Sequence record: KT919972.1
Length of the DNA stretch: 64,000 bases
Direction: 5' to 3' (one strand)
A program made the position numbers and the translations under genes. Numbering within the stretch: position 1 is the stretch's first letter; the number at the start of each line of letters is the position of its first letter. The notes beneath the pieces were generated by a model that saw nothing but the letters and a program-made list of their open reading frames with translations, was not told where the DNA came from and ran no database searches. Below, piece after piece: positions 34,307 through 43,912 of the stretch.

Positions 34307-34609
34307 ATGGACAGCGTATTTGAATTAGAAGCGCAGATTGCCGAGCTTCAGCATAAGTTAGAACAAGAGCGCAGTCGTTGCCAACATACTCGTGTGGCTT
34401 ATGAACTCAAGTCTAACACGGGCAATTACGACCCGACGTGTGATTGTTATTGGAATGAAGTGAAATGCATTGACTGTGGTACTCGTATGCATTTTGATTC
34501 AGACGATGACAATATAAATTATCGTCTTAAAGGTGTAATCGGTTCTGAAGCGCGAATTCAGAAGAGCGATTACGAAACATATTTGAAAGTGAAAAGGGTG
34601 TTGGGATGA
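34307..34609 (+). CDS. CxH...CxxC protein (paralog of 33423-33728)
   Basis: ERSRCQHTRV..VKCIDC. Confidence 0.75.
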   Translation: MDSVFELEAQIAELQHKLEQERSRCQHTRVAYELKSNTGNYDPTCDCYWNEVKCIDCGTRMHFDSDDDNINYRLKGVIGSEARIQKSDYETYLKVKRVLG

Positions 34610-34953
34610 AATACGTACGTTATACAGAATATAACGATCACGAAGGTGAAACATGGCATCGTTTTATACCGATGACAGACCCGTGTTTAGACAAGTTTCT
34701 AGATGTCATGAAGCTAGTTGAAGATGATCCCGAAGAATCGTATTCGATTGAAGTCGATGCCGACGGTAAAGTTGTTCAATACGACGAATCATACGTGAAA
34801 GTTCTTGAAGAAGAAAGTACGTATATGAGCGGTTACATGGACGTGTATGCCGTATGTAATATTAACGAAAAGCTATTCGAATGGGTTGCCGATGTCGAAA
34901 ATGACGTTGAAGCAACTTGCGAACTACTATACAAAATGGGGTGGGCAAAATGA
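34606..34953 (+). CDS. Acidic hypothetical protein
   Basis: EYNDHEGETW motif; 115 aa. Confidence 0.7.
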   Translation: MKYVRYTEYNDHEGETWHRFIPMTDPCLDKFLDVMKLVEDDPEESYSIEVDADGKVVQYDESYVKVLEEESTYMSGYMDVYAVCNINEKLFEWVADVENDVEATCELLYKMGWAK

Positions 34954-35273
34954 GCCAAGCACTATATGACGCAGTAAAAGCGTACAACGACGAACATGGT
35001 TATTCAAACGAGCCAGATTCGATGTATGAAACATTTGTAGAATGTTTGAGCAAGCGAGTCGTCCAAGAAGAAACCGATTCTGAGCATCGTTGGTATGACG
35101 TTCGTTCTGTCGTACATGCTGTTGACATCGACGGTGTAGAGCGTTACTTCGCTACGTTTGATTATCACATTACTGGTGATAACTGTGCAAGTGACATGTG
35201 TTTAGACATGCCGACACTTGACGATGTAACAGAAGTACACCCGCATCAAGTGACAATGACTGTTTACAAGTAA
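34950..35273 (+). CDS. Acidic hypothetical protein
   Basis: HRWY..V..EVHP.QVT.TVY pattern. Confidence 0.7.
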   Translation: MSQALYDAVKAYNDEHGYSNEPDSMYETFVECLSKRVVQEETDSEHRWYDVRSVVHAVDIDGVERYFATFDYHITGDNCASDMCLDMPTLDDVTEVHPHQVTMTVYK

Positions 35274-35557
35274 TGGACAAATGTACATTAACTGCGTTAT
35301 GTGAGCGGGCGGCTTTGTTGTCTGTTCACTTACCAGTTGAGAAGCGTGACCGTTGTCTATCTATGATTGATGTGCTACTAGCTAATTCACATTGGCCCGA
35401 TCTAAAGATTGGTGGTTGGTTAGAGCACATTATCACAGTGTGTATTGAAAACGATATAACGACTATCGACGCAGAGCGTGAATTCAGTCGTCCGATAAAA
35501 CATGCGTATTACAGAAGTATAGGTCTTGAACCGCCAGTGACAATTGATCTATCATAA
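35273..35557 (+). CDS. Hypothetical protein
   Basis: TAATG overlap; WPDLKIGGWL..EREFSR. Confidence 0.7.
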   Translation: MDKCTLTALCERAALLSVHLPVEKRDRCLSMIDVLLANSHWPDLKIGGWLEHIITVCIENDITTIDAEREFSRPIKHAYYRSIGLEPPVTIDLS

Positions 35558-35589
35558 GTAATACGTAAGTCATCAAATAAGGAACAACA

Positions 35590-35883
35590 ATGAAAAGCTT
35601 TAAAGAATTCAACGAGTCGGTCATGCGCGTATCGAAAAATTTCATATACAACACGCCGAATCGAAACATCGATCTAGTTGTGTTAGATGTAACTGATGAT
35701 TCTGGTAATTGGAATGTATCAGGTGATACAGTTCATTATGTTGAGTATACAGGTGTGAGTGTAAGTGAAGTGAAAACAGCAAGCGTCGCGCAGTTTACTT
35801 CTCTTGTAACTAAACGCGGTTCTCGATTAGATCGTGGTCAGATTGAAAAGATAAAAAGCGGTGAAGATTTAATTAGCCGTTAA
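35590..35883 (+). CDS. Candidate capsid-internal protein
   Basis: MKSFKEFNE N-terminus; CATAAGTA at 35553-35560. Confidence 0.65.
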   Translation: MKSFKEFNESVMRVSKNFIYNTPNRNIDLVVLDVTDDSGNWNVSGDTVHYVEYTGVSVSEVKTASVAQFTSLVTKRGSRLDRGQIEKIKSGEDLISR

Positions 35884-35884
35884 T

Positions 35885-35910
35885 AAAAGCCCCTTAATTG
35901 GGGCTTTTTT
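35885..35910 (+). terminator. Intrinsic terminator
   Basis: AAAAGCCCC-TTAATT-GGGGCTTTTTT. Confidence 0.9.
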
Positions 35911-35954
35911 AGGTCTGAAGAAAAATAAAAGAAAAAAGTTTAAGTTTTTTGCAA

Positions 35955-36045
35955 AAAGTGGTTGCGTGGTGAATGGTGATTTAGTATTATATCTACATCG
36001 AAACGAGATACACAATCTTAAACGACTTAACTAAGAGAGAACATT
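35955..36045 (+). promoter_or_regulatory. Early promoter/leader cassette
   Basis: TTGCGT-17-TATTAT; ATCGAAACGAGATAC; GAGAGAACATT-ATG. Confidence 0.85.
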
Positions 36046-36630
36046 ATGCCAAGCAATCTAAACAACATCAAAATCAAAGACATTCGCGAATTCGGTATCA
36101 GCACTATTTTATACAAAGATTTCACTATCTTTGCTACTGAAGAAGCAGATGAGATTGTACTACGCGCTGCTGTATGTTACGACGAAAACTCAGACGCACA
36201 CGTATCAGTGACTGAAGTATGCGGTGACACACTTAAAGAAGCGAAAGCTTACTTGCAAGCTGAGTTGAATGATGTTCAGCACACTGCGGGTCAAATTGCT
36301 GAAATGGCGATTGCACAAAATGACTTCGTTGGTCAATACGAAGAGCTAGTTGCGAAAGTCACTGCGCCAAAAGTTGAGAAAGCAGTTGAGCCGAAAGCGA
36401 AGGCAGTTGAGAAAACTGAAGCGCCAAAGAAAACTAACGTACGTGGTCAAGCAGCACGTGATTTAGTAGCTGAGAAAGCAACAGAGATTCTTGGTATGAC
36501 TGACATCACATTTGAGCAGCGTGGCAAGTACAAAGATTGGTACATCATGAGCAACGACGCTGAAGGCAATGCATTTGAGCAACGTCTAGACGTATTCAAG
36601 AAGAAACTAGTAGTAATGGGAGCACTGTAA
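36046..36630 (+). CDS. Hypothetical protein
   Basis: 194 aa from cassette ATG; K/A/E/P linker. Confidence 0.75.
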   Translation: MPSNLNNIKIKDIREFGISTILYKDFTIFATEEADEIVLRAAVCYDENSDAHVSVTEVCGDTLKEAKAYLQAELNDVQHTAGQIAEMAIAQNDFVGQYEELVAKVTAPKVEKAVEPKAKAVEKTEAPKKTNVRGQAARDLVAEKATEILGMTDITFEQRGKYKDWYIMSNDAEGNAFEQRLDVFKKKLVVMGAL

Positions 36631-36790
36631 TGACGTATTTGAATCAATTGAGAGAAGTATTCGGACGAGCATTTACGGTGCAATCATACGACGCAGCCAG
36701 TGGATTATACACGTTACATTACCATGGGTTTACGATTCAAGCAAATGAGAAATGTGTTCGACAATATAATTTTTTAGGGATGGTGTAGTA

Positions 36791-37027
36791 ATGACAAGAC
36801 AACAAGAGCGGATTCTAGAAGGTCTACGCAACGGCACAATGATTGCATACGCTTATACTAGCAATAACAAGCTATGCTTTCATGAGCAGCAAAACAGACC
36901 GTGTGTATTGCCGATGACAATTACGTGTCGTGCTTTACTCAAGAAAGGTTTAATCACGCTTGCAGATCATACGAGCGTATCATTAGAGCATTATCAAGGT
37001 GAGGCACAGCATGTTAGCGTTAATTAA
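36791..37027 (+). CDS. Hypothetical protein
   Basis: 78 aa. Confidence 0.6.
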   Translation: MTRQQERILEGLRNGTMIAYAYTSNNKLCFHEQQNRPCVLPMTITCRALLKKGLITLADHTSVSLEHYQGEAQHVSVN

Positions 37028-37271
37028 ATCGCGAGTTGTATACGACAGAATCCCGATTAACACTGCTGAAGAGCTTCGCGATAACATTACTGATGTTCGC
37101 ATGTTCAATGACGAATTAGACTTGTTCTACCCGTGCGGTAAGCCAGGTATGGTTAAGCGTCTGTGTTTTGTCAAAGCGGCAGATGTTGATTTCGACGGTG
37201 AGACATACGATGATGCACTGACGCACTTTCAAGAGAATTACAAGAAGTATTGGGAGGTGATAAATGTCTGA
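37011..37271 (+). CDS. Hypothetical protein
   Basis: GAGG RBS; 86 aa. Confidence 0.65.
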   Translation: MLALIKSRVVYDRIPINTAEELRDNITDVRMFNDELDLFYPCGKPGMVKRLCFVKAADVDFDGETYDDALTHFQENYKKYWEVINV

Positions 37272-37509
37272 TATTACAGCTATCGTATACTTCGGTTCGT
37301 ACTTCGGTGTTATGTTGTTGATTATCGCGTATTACATTTACTACGAAGTTAAAAACAACAAAGAGAAGACAACGAGTGATTTTGCTCAACGTGTTCTAGT
37401 GATTGGTATGTTATGGCCCTTTATTTCAATCTTTATAATTGTGATTGGGTCGGCAATTGCTGTAGAAAAGTTATTCATAATGGTTGTAAACAAGCTAAAA
37501 GGCAGATAA
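37264..37509 (+). CDS. Two-TM membrane protein
   Basis: GGAGG RBS; LWPF motif. Confidence 0.7.
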   Translation: MSDITAIVYFGSYFGVMLLIIAYYIYYEVKNNKEKTTSDFAQRVLVIGMLWPFISIFIIVIGSAIAVEKLFIMVVNKLKGR

Positions 37510-37510
37510 A

Positions 37511-37681
37511 ATGGTAAATCAAATCAGACGCATTAACGGTGAAGATTTCATTGTGAAATCTCATCGAGATAACAAGTGTGAAGTACAAAAGCTTTCACAT
37601 GCTGAATTAGTTCTTGACACGTACGAAGTTCATGAGCTAGAATCTTTCGAACTGATTACAACACTATCTGATACATTTTAA
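37511..37681 (+). CDS. Hypothetical protein (56 aa)
   Basis: Fills the gap between neighbouring genes. Confidence 0.5.
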   Translation: MVNQIRRINGEDFIVKSHRDNKCEVQKLSHAELVLDTYEVHELESFELITTLSDTF

Positions 37682-37690
37682 GGACATATT

Positions 37691-38263
37691 ATGAAATTTC
37701 AAAAAGGTCAAATCGTAGTTTCAACGGCAAATTCCCATCGTTCAGTTGCTAAGAAGGGCGAGTACGGGTTGGTTATGCACGCTAATAACACTCTAGCAAT
37801 CGTATATTGGCCAAACGCAGGTCGTTGTGCAAAGCAATTTTTTACAAATCCGACTATTGAATTACGACCGTCTAGAACTACGTTTGATACCAATATCAAT
37901 ATCGATAAAGCCGAAGCTGCATACGCACAATACAAAAACGATACTAAACCGGGAAAACGCAAACAAGAGCAAGTAAGTGAAGATAATCAACCGTCATTGA
38001 ATACAGCGATGGGATTTGCAGTTGCGTTGATGCGCAATGACTTATCGGCTCGCGAACTACTATCAATGCATGACGGTCTTGCTTCTTCCGAGCAAATGTA
38101 TTTGAAACACGTCGAGAACGTTACAGGTGAACCGAGAGGTTCGGCAACAATTTTCAATGCAAAACGATTGTTAAAAACGACTCTACGTTCACAAGAAATC
38201 TCAGAAATCAATGCAGAGATTCAACGTCTTGAACAACTAAAAGCACAACTTGCGAACAAATAA
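37691..38263 (+). CDS. Hypothetical protein
   Basis: MKFQKGQIV SH3-like start; 190 aa. Confidence 0.75.
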   Translation: MKFQKGQIVVSTANSHRSVAKKGEYGLVMHANNTLAIVYWPNAGRCAKQFFTNPTIELRPSRTTFDTNINIDKAEAAYAQYKNDTKPGKRKQEQVSEDNQPSLNTAMGFAVALMRNDLSARELLSMHDGLASSEQMYLKHVENVTGEPRGSATIFNAKRLLKTTLRSQEISEINAEIQRLEQLKAQLANK

Positions 38264-38294
38264 AACTTTATACCAAACTTGAGAGAAAAACATT

Positions 38295-38852
38295 ATGAAC
38301 AAATCAGTACAACTAGTAATCGCATTCGCTGGAACTTACATGCCAACTGCATACGAACTTGGTCAGAATTTCTACGACGAAAGTAAAAGCAATACTTATA
38401 TTGACTCAGTGCGTCGTCAATGTGCTAAAGAGCTTGAAGAAGGCGTGAAAGCGGGATTACTAACTCGTGTTAAAGGTAAGAAATACGCAGGTTCAACTAA
38501 GTTTGCACACCGTTACACATGTCGTAAGTACGCTGACAAGATTGGTCTAAAGAACGTACCTTACCGTAACGGTCGTAATGCTCCACCACGCACTGGTATT
38601 ATTGCACTGATTGAAAAATGTGTTGCTGAAATGATTGTAGACAAAACGTACCGTCATAAGAAGTTCACTTCAAATGAAGTTGGTATCGAGACTATTATTC
38701 AATACATTCGAGAAGGCAAAACACCTGCTGCACGCAAGATCTTGAGCCGTCACGCGAACACATATGAAAAGAACGTGAAATACGTTGTTCGCAACCATCG
38801 TGGTGTCCTTGATGACAACGGGCTTAACTTACGCGACTTAGTGAAAGCATAA
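38295..38852 (+). CDS. Basic hypothetical protein
   Basis: 185 aa, K/R-rich. Confidence 0.75.
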   Translation: MNKSVQLVIAFAGTYMPTAYELGQNFYDESKSNTYIDSVRRQCAKELEEGVKAGLLTRVKGKKYAGSTKFAHRYTCRKYADKIGLKNVPYRNGRNAPPRTGIIALIEKCVAEMIVDKTYRHKKFTSNEVGIETIIQYIREGKTPAARKILSRHANTYEKNVKYVVRNHRGVLDDNGLNLRDLVKA

Positions 38853-39244
38853 TGCAACCAATAGACGTAAGAGAAAGATTGCCGCGTGAAAGCGGCACTT
38901 ATCTCTGTATCAGATACGGTATGCCGTATAAACCAGAGCCAATTGAATTCGATGCGGGTGATGATCAACTAGATGAAGAGCCAAGATGGTTTGATTCTCT
39001 AAGTCACATGCATGGTGGTGGCGGTGGTGTTAAACGTTACTGTGAGCTGACTAACGCAGAGAAATACTGGCGAACCAACTTCGGTAAAGTGATTTACTGG
39101 TTCGAAGCACCTGAGAATCACATGAGCGGTCATGATTTCAAAGATTACATGATTGCAGAACTTAGCAGTCGCGGTATTGACCCTGATGAAATCACTGGCG
39201 ATTGGGAAAAGATTGAACACGGAGATATCAAATGCATCAAATGA
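38852..39244 (+). CDS. DUF551-like protein
   Basis: IDVRERLP..GTYL..W pattern. Confidence 0.6.
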   Translation: MQPIDVRERLPRESGTYLCIRYGMPYKPEPIEFDAGDDQLDEEPRWFDSLSHMHGGGGGVKRYCELTNAEKYWRTNFGKVIYWFEAPENHMSGHDFKDYMIAELSSRGIDPDEITGDWEKIEHGDIKCIK

Positions 39245-39825
39245 CAGTACACGTATGCGACTACTGCGATTTTCAAAGCATATTGCAAGGCGAAGTTGCA
39301 GCTCATGAAAAGCGTTGCGCACAGCACGACACGTTTTTAAAAGTCAAAGCAATTCAGCAAGCACAAGCAAGCGCATATCTTGATACGATTCGTTTACGTG
39401 CATGTTCGTTCAAGCACTTGTTTGAAATCATTCAAGATGAAGAAGACATGATCATCGAAGCGGTTCACGTGTTACACTACTACGGTGAAGAGCGTAAAAC
39501 ACCGCGAATGATGAATGTCAGATGGGAATATTGTCTTTTCAGTACTCAACACAAGCCATTTATCGAAGCGCGTATGACACACAGTGCGCCAGTTGGTGAG
39601 AATACTTGCTCGATGTGGTCAGAAAACAACGAAGATATTAAGCGCGGTCTAGCTTGCAATATTCGTTGTCATTGGGAACAACAAGGTAGTAGAAAATCGT
39701 TTGATTTGTATCGCAAGTATCTAGGACACATACCAGGTGTTAACTGTGGTTCGGGCGGTGGGGTTGGACAATGCAATTCTTATCTAACACTATGGAAAGA
39801 TGACTTTCCGTTAATTCGAGGTTAA
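39232..39825 (+). CDS. Hypothetical protein with N-terminal CxxC..H finger
   Basis: CDYC..AHEKRC; GSGGG. Confidence 0.7.
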   Translation: MHQMTVHVCDYCDFQSILQGEVAAHEKRCAQHDTFLKVKAIQQAQASAYLDTIRLRACSFKHLFEIIQDEEDMIIEAVHVLHYYGEERKTPRMMNVRWEYCLFSTQHKPFIEARMTHSAPVGENTCSMWSENNEDIKRGLACNIRCHWEQQGSRKSFDLYRKYLGHIPGVNCGSGGGVGQCNSYLTLWKDDFPLIRG

Positions 39826-39826
39826 C

Positions 39827-40228
39827 ATGAATTTAGAAGAATACCGAGCAAAGTGCGAAGAAATTTTAGAAAACGCTGAACGTTACGCGAACGCGATTCA
39901 CCCTTATTTGAGTGATTATGAAAATCGAGAGATTCATGGTTCTATGCGATTTGTCAGTGCTACAATCGACGAAGAAGGTGATATCTGTATTCTATTTGAA
40001 GATCGTTTCCGCGGTGAAGTGTTTGACGACAGCGTTTACACGTACGACATTGGTGATTTCTTTACCACTGAATCGACAGACGCAGAGATTGCTTCATATA
40101 TCGAACAAGCAGAAAAAAGAAAGCTTGAACGCGAAGCGCGAATCGAAAAGAAAAAAGAAGACGAGAAAGCCGCAATTGAAGCGCGAGAACGCGCTGAGTT
40201 GAAACGTCTTTCTGAAAAATACCAATAG
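39827..40228 (+). CDS. Hypothetical protein (paralogous to C-domain of next ORF)
   Basis: IDEEGDICILF..DFFTTEST plus charged coil. Confidence 0.75.
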   Translation: MNLEEYRAKCEEILENAERYANAIHPYLSDYENREIHGSMRFVSATIDEEGDICILFEDRFRGEVFDDSVYTYDIGDFFTTESTDAEIASYIEQAEKRKLEREARIEKKKEDEKAAIEARERAELKRLSEKYQ

Positions 40229-40236
40229 AGGTCAAC

Positions 40237-40890
40237 ATGAAATACGTATTGAAAGAAGAAGGTCGCAACTCAAGTCACATCCCTACTGGCGACATTGGTT
40301 TACTCGCACACGAAGATGAAGAAAATTACGTCTACGTGTATTGGTTTAGTGTTGATGAGTTGCATCATTATCATAAGTCCGATAATGCAATCTCAATTCA
40401 AACCAACGACTGTCCTGACAAGAAAGCTATTGCGCGTGCTAAACATCTACTTGAAATGGGTCAGACAACTGACGAAGAACGCGAAGAAACGATGACGTTC
40501 TTCCAGAATAAAGTTCAAAATATTCTTCACAACGCGACTGAGTTTGCAAATCGCATCAAATACAATTTGTCAGAATTTGAACAATTCGACTGCTCTGAAT
40601 TCACACTGACAAGCGTAGTGTTAGACGAAGATGGTGATGTCTGTATTCGCTTTGATGAAATGTATGCGGGTGGCGATGAGGGTGTAATTACGTACTCTCA
40701 TAACATCAAAGACTTCTGGGACGCTGAAAGCACTGTAAAAACGATTCAAGGTTACATTGACGAGGCGACGCAACGAGACAAGAAAATGAAACTCGAACAA
40801 GAGCGCGAAATGAAAGAAAATGAAACGCAAGAGAAAAAAGAGCTTAAACGTCTCATGCAGAAATACATTTTCAGCGAATTACAAATTTAA
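40237..40890 (+). CDS. Two-domain hypothetical protein
   Basis: LDEDGDVCIRF..DFWDAEST plus charged coil. Confidence 0.75.
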   Translation: MKYVLKEEGRNSSHIPTGDIGLLAHEDEENYVYVYWFSVDELHHYHKSDNAISIQTNDCPDKKAIARAKHLLEMGQTTDEEREETMTFFQNKVQNILHNATEFANRIKYNLSEFEQFDCSEFTLTSVVLDEDGDVCIRFDEMYAGGDEGVITYSHNIKDFWDAESTVKTIQGYIDEATQRDKKMKLEQEREMKENETQEKKELKRLMQKYIFSELQI

Positions 40891-40892
40891 CT

Positions 40893-40964
40893 AAAAAAAG
40901 GGTTGCTTCGGCGACCCTTTTTGCGTATTATAGCTACATCGAAACGAGATACAGAGAGAACATT
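40893..40964 (+). promoter_or_regulatory. Terminator/promoter/leader cassette
   Basis: GGGTTGC-TTCG-GCGACCC hairpin; TTGCTT-17-TATTAT; ATCGAAACGAGATAC. Confidence 0.88.
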
Positions 40965-41255
40965 ATGAACTACACAACTGAAACAATCAAAGCTTGCATG
41001 AATCTAGTTGCTACATTGAAATCAGACAAGATTACAAAAGGTAATGTTGAGAAGCTTCGCGCTGCATATCGCGCACAGCAAGATCAAGAAGTGTCTATTG
41101 CTATGTCTTCTATCTGTTCGATTGCAGAGCGTCATTTAGACCGCAAAGCAGCGAATCGTCCTGCAATGAGCAAGTGTGCTGAATCTTACTTGAACTTTGA
41201 TTGGCGTACAATCCCGGGTTGTGTTGGTTTTTCACGTGAAGTACTAGAGGTGTAA
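40965..41255 (+). CDS. Hypothetical protein
   Basis: 96 aa from cassette ATG. Confidence 0.75.
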   Translation: MNYTTETIKACMNLVATLKSDKITKGNVEKLRAAYRAQQDQEVSIAMSSICSIAERHLDRKAANRPAMSKCAESYLNFDWRTIPGCVGFSREVLEV

Positions 41256-41256
41256 C

Positions 41257-41538
41257 ATGGTTAGTCTTTTAAAAGCAGTTAATAGTGAGTTCACGAGCTA
41301 TACAGATCGCGTACTGCCTTCTGAAATCGCAGAGAAAGTCGCTCGTGCGTGTGAGCAAGAATATTGGGCAACGTTTTACACACATGGTTGCACGTCACTA
41401 GACACTGCTGATCGCGATCAAGTATTCGATATGATTGCCTCAGAACTTGGCCTCGAAAATGGTTGGCCGATGTACGGTTCTTCTGACGAATACAAACAAC
41501 ACTTCAAACAAGAGCTTGAGAAATTGGAGTTAGCATGA
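41257..41538 (+). CDS. Hypothetical protein
   Basis: GAGG RBS; WPMYG motif. Confidence 0.7.
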   Translation: MVSLLKAVNSEFTSYTDRVLPSEIAEKVARACEQEYWATFYTHGCTSLDTADRDQVFDMIASELGLENGWPMYGSSDEYKQHFKQELEKLELA

Positions 41539-41804
41539 AACTACTGACTAAAATCAAAGATTTTCTTTTCCCAACGCTTACACCACCTGAAATCGGTGAA
41601 AGATATCTTCAAATTGGCAAAGATTGGGTTGACACGAGCGTTGGAGCGAATATAATCGAAGTCGTGAATGTATCGAAAGACGGTAAGCATATACAATATG
41701 ATTGGGTGTGCATCGAGGGCAAAGAGATGTCGATATCGGCTAGAACTACATACGAAATGTCAACACACCACCTTTATAACTATTTCGAGAAACATAATGA
41801 CTAG
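41535..41804 (+). CDS. Hypothetical protein (IG[DE].Y family)
   Basis: PEIGERY..IEVVNVSKDGKHIQY. Confidence 0.7.
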   Translation: MKLLTKIKDFLFPTLTPPEIGERYLQIGKDWVDTSVGANIIEVVNVSKDGKHIQYDWVCIEGKEMSISARTTYEMSTHHLYNYFEKHND

Positions 41805-42219
41805 AATCAATTGTATGCCGGTTGAAACGCTCTCTGACAAACATTTGCTTGCAGAGTACAAAGAGATAACTCGTCCCTTTAACAAGGTGGAGAAGCGCAT
41901 ACAAGCGCATACAATGAGTAATGTGGTCATTCCTTGTCATTATGTGCTTGGTGCAGGTCATGAAACGTTCTTTTTTGATAAGTTGCATTATCTTTATGTT
42001 CGTTATCGTGACCTTTGCGAAGAGTTATTACATCGTGGTGTGAATATCAACGTTGAACAGTTCGATGATATATGCGAATGGATTGAACGTACGTTCGTTG
42101 ACACGCCGTATTGGAATTATTGGACACCGCGACCAGAAGACATGTATTTGAATATGGCGCGATTAGTCAAGCGCAGCAACTTTGACGCCGCGAAATCTGA
42201 AGCATTAACATTAAACTGA
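41797..42219 (+). CDS. denV: Pyrimidine-dimer DNA glycosylase / endonuclease V
   Basis: MTRIN..L.DKHLLAEY.EI.R..LGAGH.TFF.DKL..RG.N matches T4 DenV. Confidence 0.92.
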   Translation: MTRINCMPVETLSDKHLLAEYKEITRPFNKVEKRIQAHTMSNVVIPCHYVLGAGHETFFFDKLHYLYVRYRDLCEELLHRGVNINVEQFDDICEWIERTFVDTPYWNYWTPRPEDMYLNMARLVKRSNFDAAKSEALTLN

Positions 42220-42229
42220 GGAAAGTATC

Positions 42230-42667
42230 ATGACAATAGCACAGTTTCAACAAGATGAATTATACGAGCGTTCTGATTTTAAAGTGCCAGAAAAGCCACC
42301 GATTCGTAAGACACGCTGTAAAGTAACTGAAGAAAAAGAAGATAAGAAAATACTCAAAATCATTATGATTTGGTTCTTCGTGACTATAGCAGGTATCGCA
42401 TTGTCAGCTTGCTTCGGGCTACTGTCAAACAAGATTGAAATCGGTGACCGTTATTATCTTCTAAACGATGTGGGATGGGAGCGAAGTCAGAGTGTTGATT
42501 TTGGCATTGTTGTAACTGACGTGAATTACAATGCTGAGAGAATACGTTACAAGTACATTGGATTGGATGCGCTACCCGAGAAAGAAATGTCGTTTACGGC
42601 GCTAAAGTATTCTTATGTCCATGAAGACAGCGTTGACATCAATACTACAACGGAGAAAACAAAATGA
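42230..42667 (+). CDS. Membrane-anchored protein (IG[DE].Y family)
   Basis: TM then IEIGDRY..IVVTDV..IRY. Confidence 0.7.
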   Translation: MTIAQFQQDELYERSDFKVPEKPPIRKTRCKVTEEKEDKKILKIIMIWFFVTIAGIALSACFGLLSNKIEIGDRYYLLNDVGWERSQSVDFGIVVTDVNYNAERIRYKYIGLDALPEKEMSFTALKYSYVHEDSVDINTTTEKTK

Positions 42668-43020
42668 CCGCCCCGAGATTCGTAGGTTTAATTGTAACTA
42701 CATGGATTGGCATTCTTATTTTCTTCATGATCCACATGTCGGGATATTCGATGCTCAAACCTGATATTAAAGTCGGTGATGTTTATCAAACTGTCAAGGT
42801 ATCAGAATTCGCAAGCGACCCCGACGAAGTAACGATGATCGAAATCACTGAAATCAGCAAAGACGGCGACGACGTTCGTTACATTTACAAAATGATAGAC
42901 AATAAGGCGTATAACGACGACGGCGAGCAATATCAGTGGAAAATGAAAAAGCGCCATATCTACCGCAACTACGAGAAAATCAATCATGAAAGCAACCGAC
43001 AAGCAGATCGAACTATGTAA
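42664..43020 (+). CDS. Membrane-anchored protein (IG[DE].Y family)
   Basis: TM then IKVGDVY..IEITEISKDGDDVRY. Confidence 0.7.
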   Translation: MTAPRFVGLIVTTWIGILIFFMIHMSGYSMLKPDIKVGDVYQTVKVSEFASDPDEVTMIEITEISKDGDDVRYIYKMIDNKAYNDDGEQYQWKMKKRHIYRNYEKINHESNRQADRTM

Positions 43021-43210
43021 CTTGCTTATTGACAACGGTGCGCCGTTTGAACTCAAGCACCCACACGAAGATTCGATTGAAGCTGCCGACCAGTTCATCA
43101 AAGCGAATCGTCATTATCTACAGCGTGGTATTGTCAAGCACGAGAACTATTATCACAAAGCAGTCGAGAACGGATTGATGCCTGAAGATATTGGTGTGTG
43201 GAATATGTAA
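42986..43210 (+). CDS. Hypothetical protein
   Basis: MKATDKQI N-terminus. Confidence 0.65.
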   Translation: MKATDKQIELCNLLIDNGAPFELKHPHEDSIEAADQFIKANRHYLQRGIVKHENYYHKAVENGLMPEDIGVWNM

Positions 43211-43273
43211 AAAGTGGTTGCATTGTCGAATCAGATGCGTATAATGAACTCATCAACTGAAGAGAGAATCATT
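43208..43273 (+). promoter_or_regulatory. Early promoter with cassette-type leader
   Basis: AAAAAGTGG-TTGCAT-16-TATAAT; GAGAGAATCATT-ATG. Confidence 0.75.
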
Positions 43274-43687
43274 ATGAAAAAAACAAGCATCGACAACGAT
43301 TTGAAATGGGTTTTGAATTTATTAATTGCAGCGTGCGTAATCGGGATTGCATTTATCGCGTGTCTGACTTACTCTTCGTTATCGAAGTCTGACACAGTTC
43401 TAAGAACGCTGACTACTGATTACGGTAAAGTCGTGTCAGTATCATCATGTGATAGTCGAAAGCATTCAATAGATTGTTTAGTTAGAACTGACAAATACAA
43501 TCTTGGTAGAATTCGCGTGACAGATTACCCAGGTGATGATATGATATACGTCGGCGACAAAATCTTTCTAGAGCGTCGCGTATACGAAGATCGTGTTGAA
43601 ACACGCAAAGGTCGTAACGGTTATACTGTAAGGTATTCTGTATGTTACTCATGGATGCCATGTTTTGACAAATATGATAACAATTAA
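43274..43687 (+). CDS. Membrane-anchored hypothetical protein
   Basis: One TM; Cys pairs. Confidence 0.7.
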   Translation: MKKTSIDNDLKWVLNLLIAACVIGIAFIACLTYSSLSKSDTVLRTLTTDYGKVVSVSSCDSRKHSIDCLVRTDKYNLGRIRVTDYPGDDMIYVGDKIFLERRVYEDRVETRKGRNGYTVRYSVCYSWMPCFDKYDNN

Positions 43688-43912
43688 TCGAGGGAATATA
43701 TATGAGCTTTAAAACACGAGTGCAAATCTGGCGAGTTTCACGTTCAATCGTGATGTTCACTTACAATCTATTGATTGCGGTCTCGCGCAGCTTCTAACAC
43801 AAAAGGGATGGTATGCAGTTCACGCTATCCCTTAACGACTTATCACCAATGGGATTCGACGAGTTTAGCAAAGAAGTCGATAAAGTCAGGGAAGAATTAG
43901 AGGAAGAGAATT

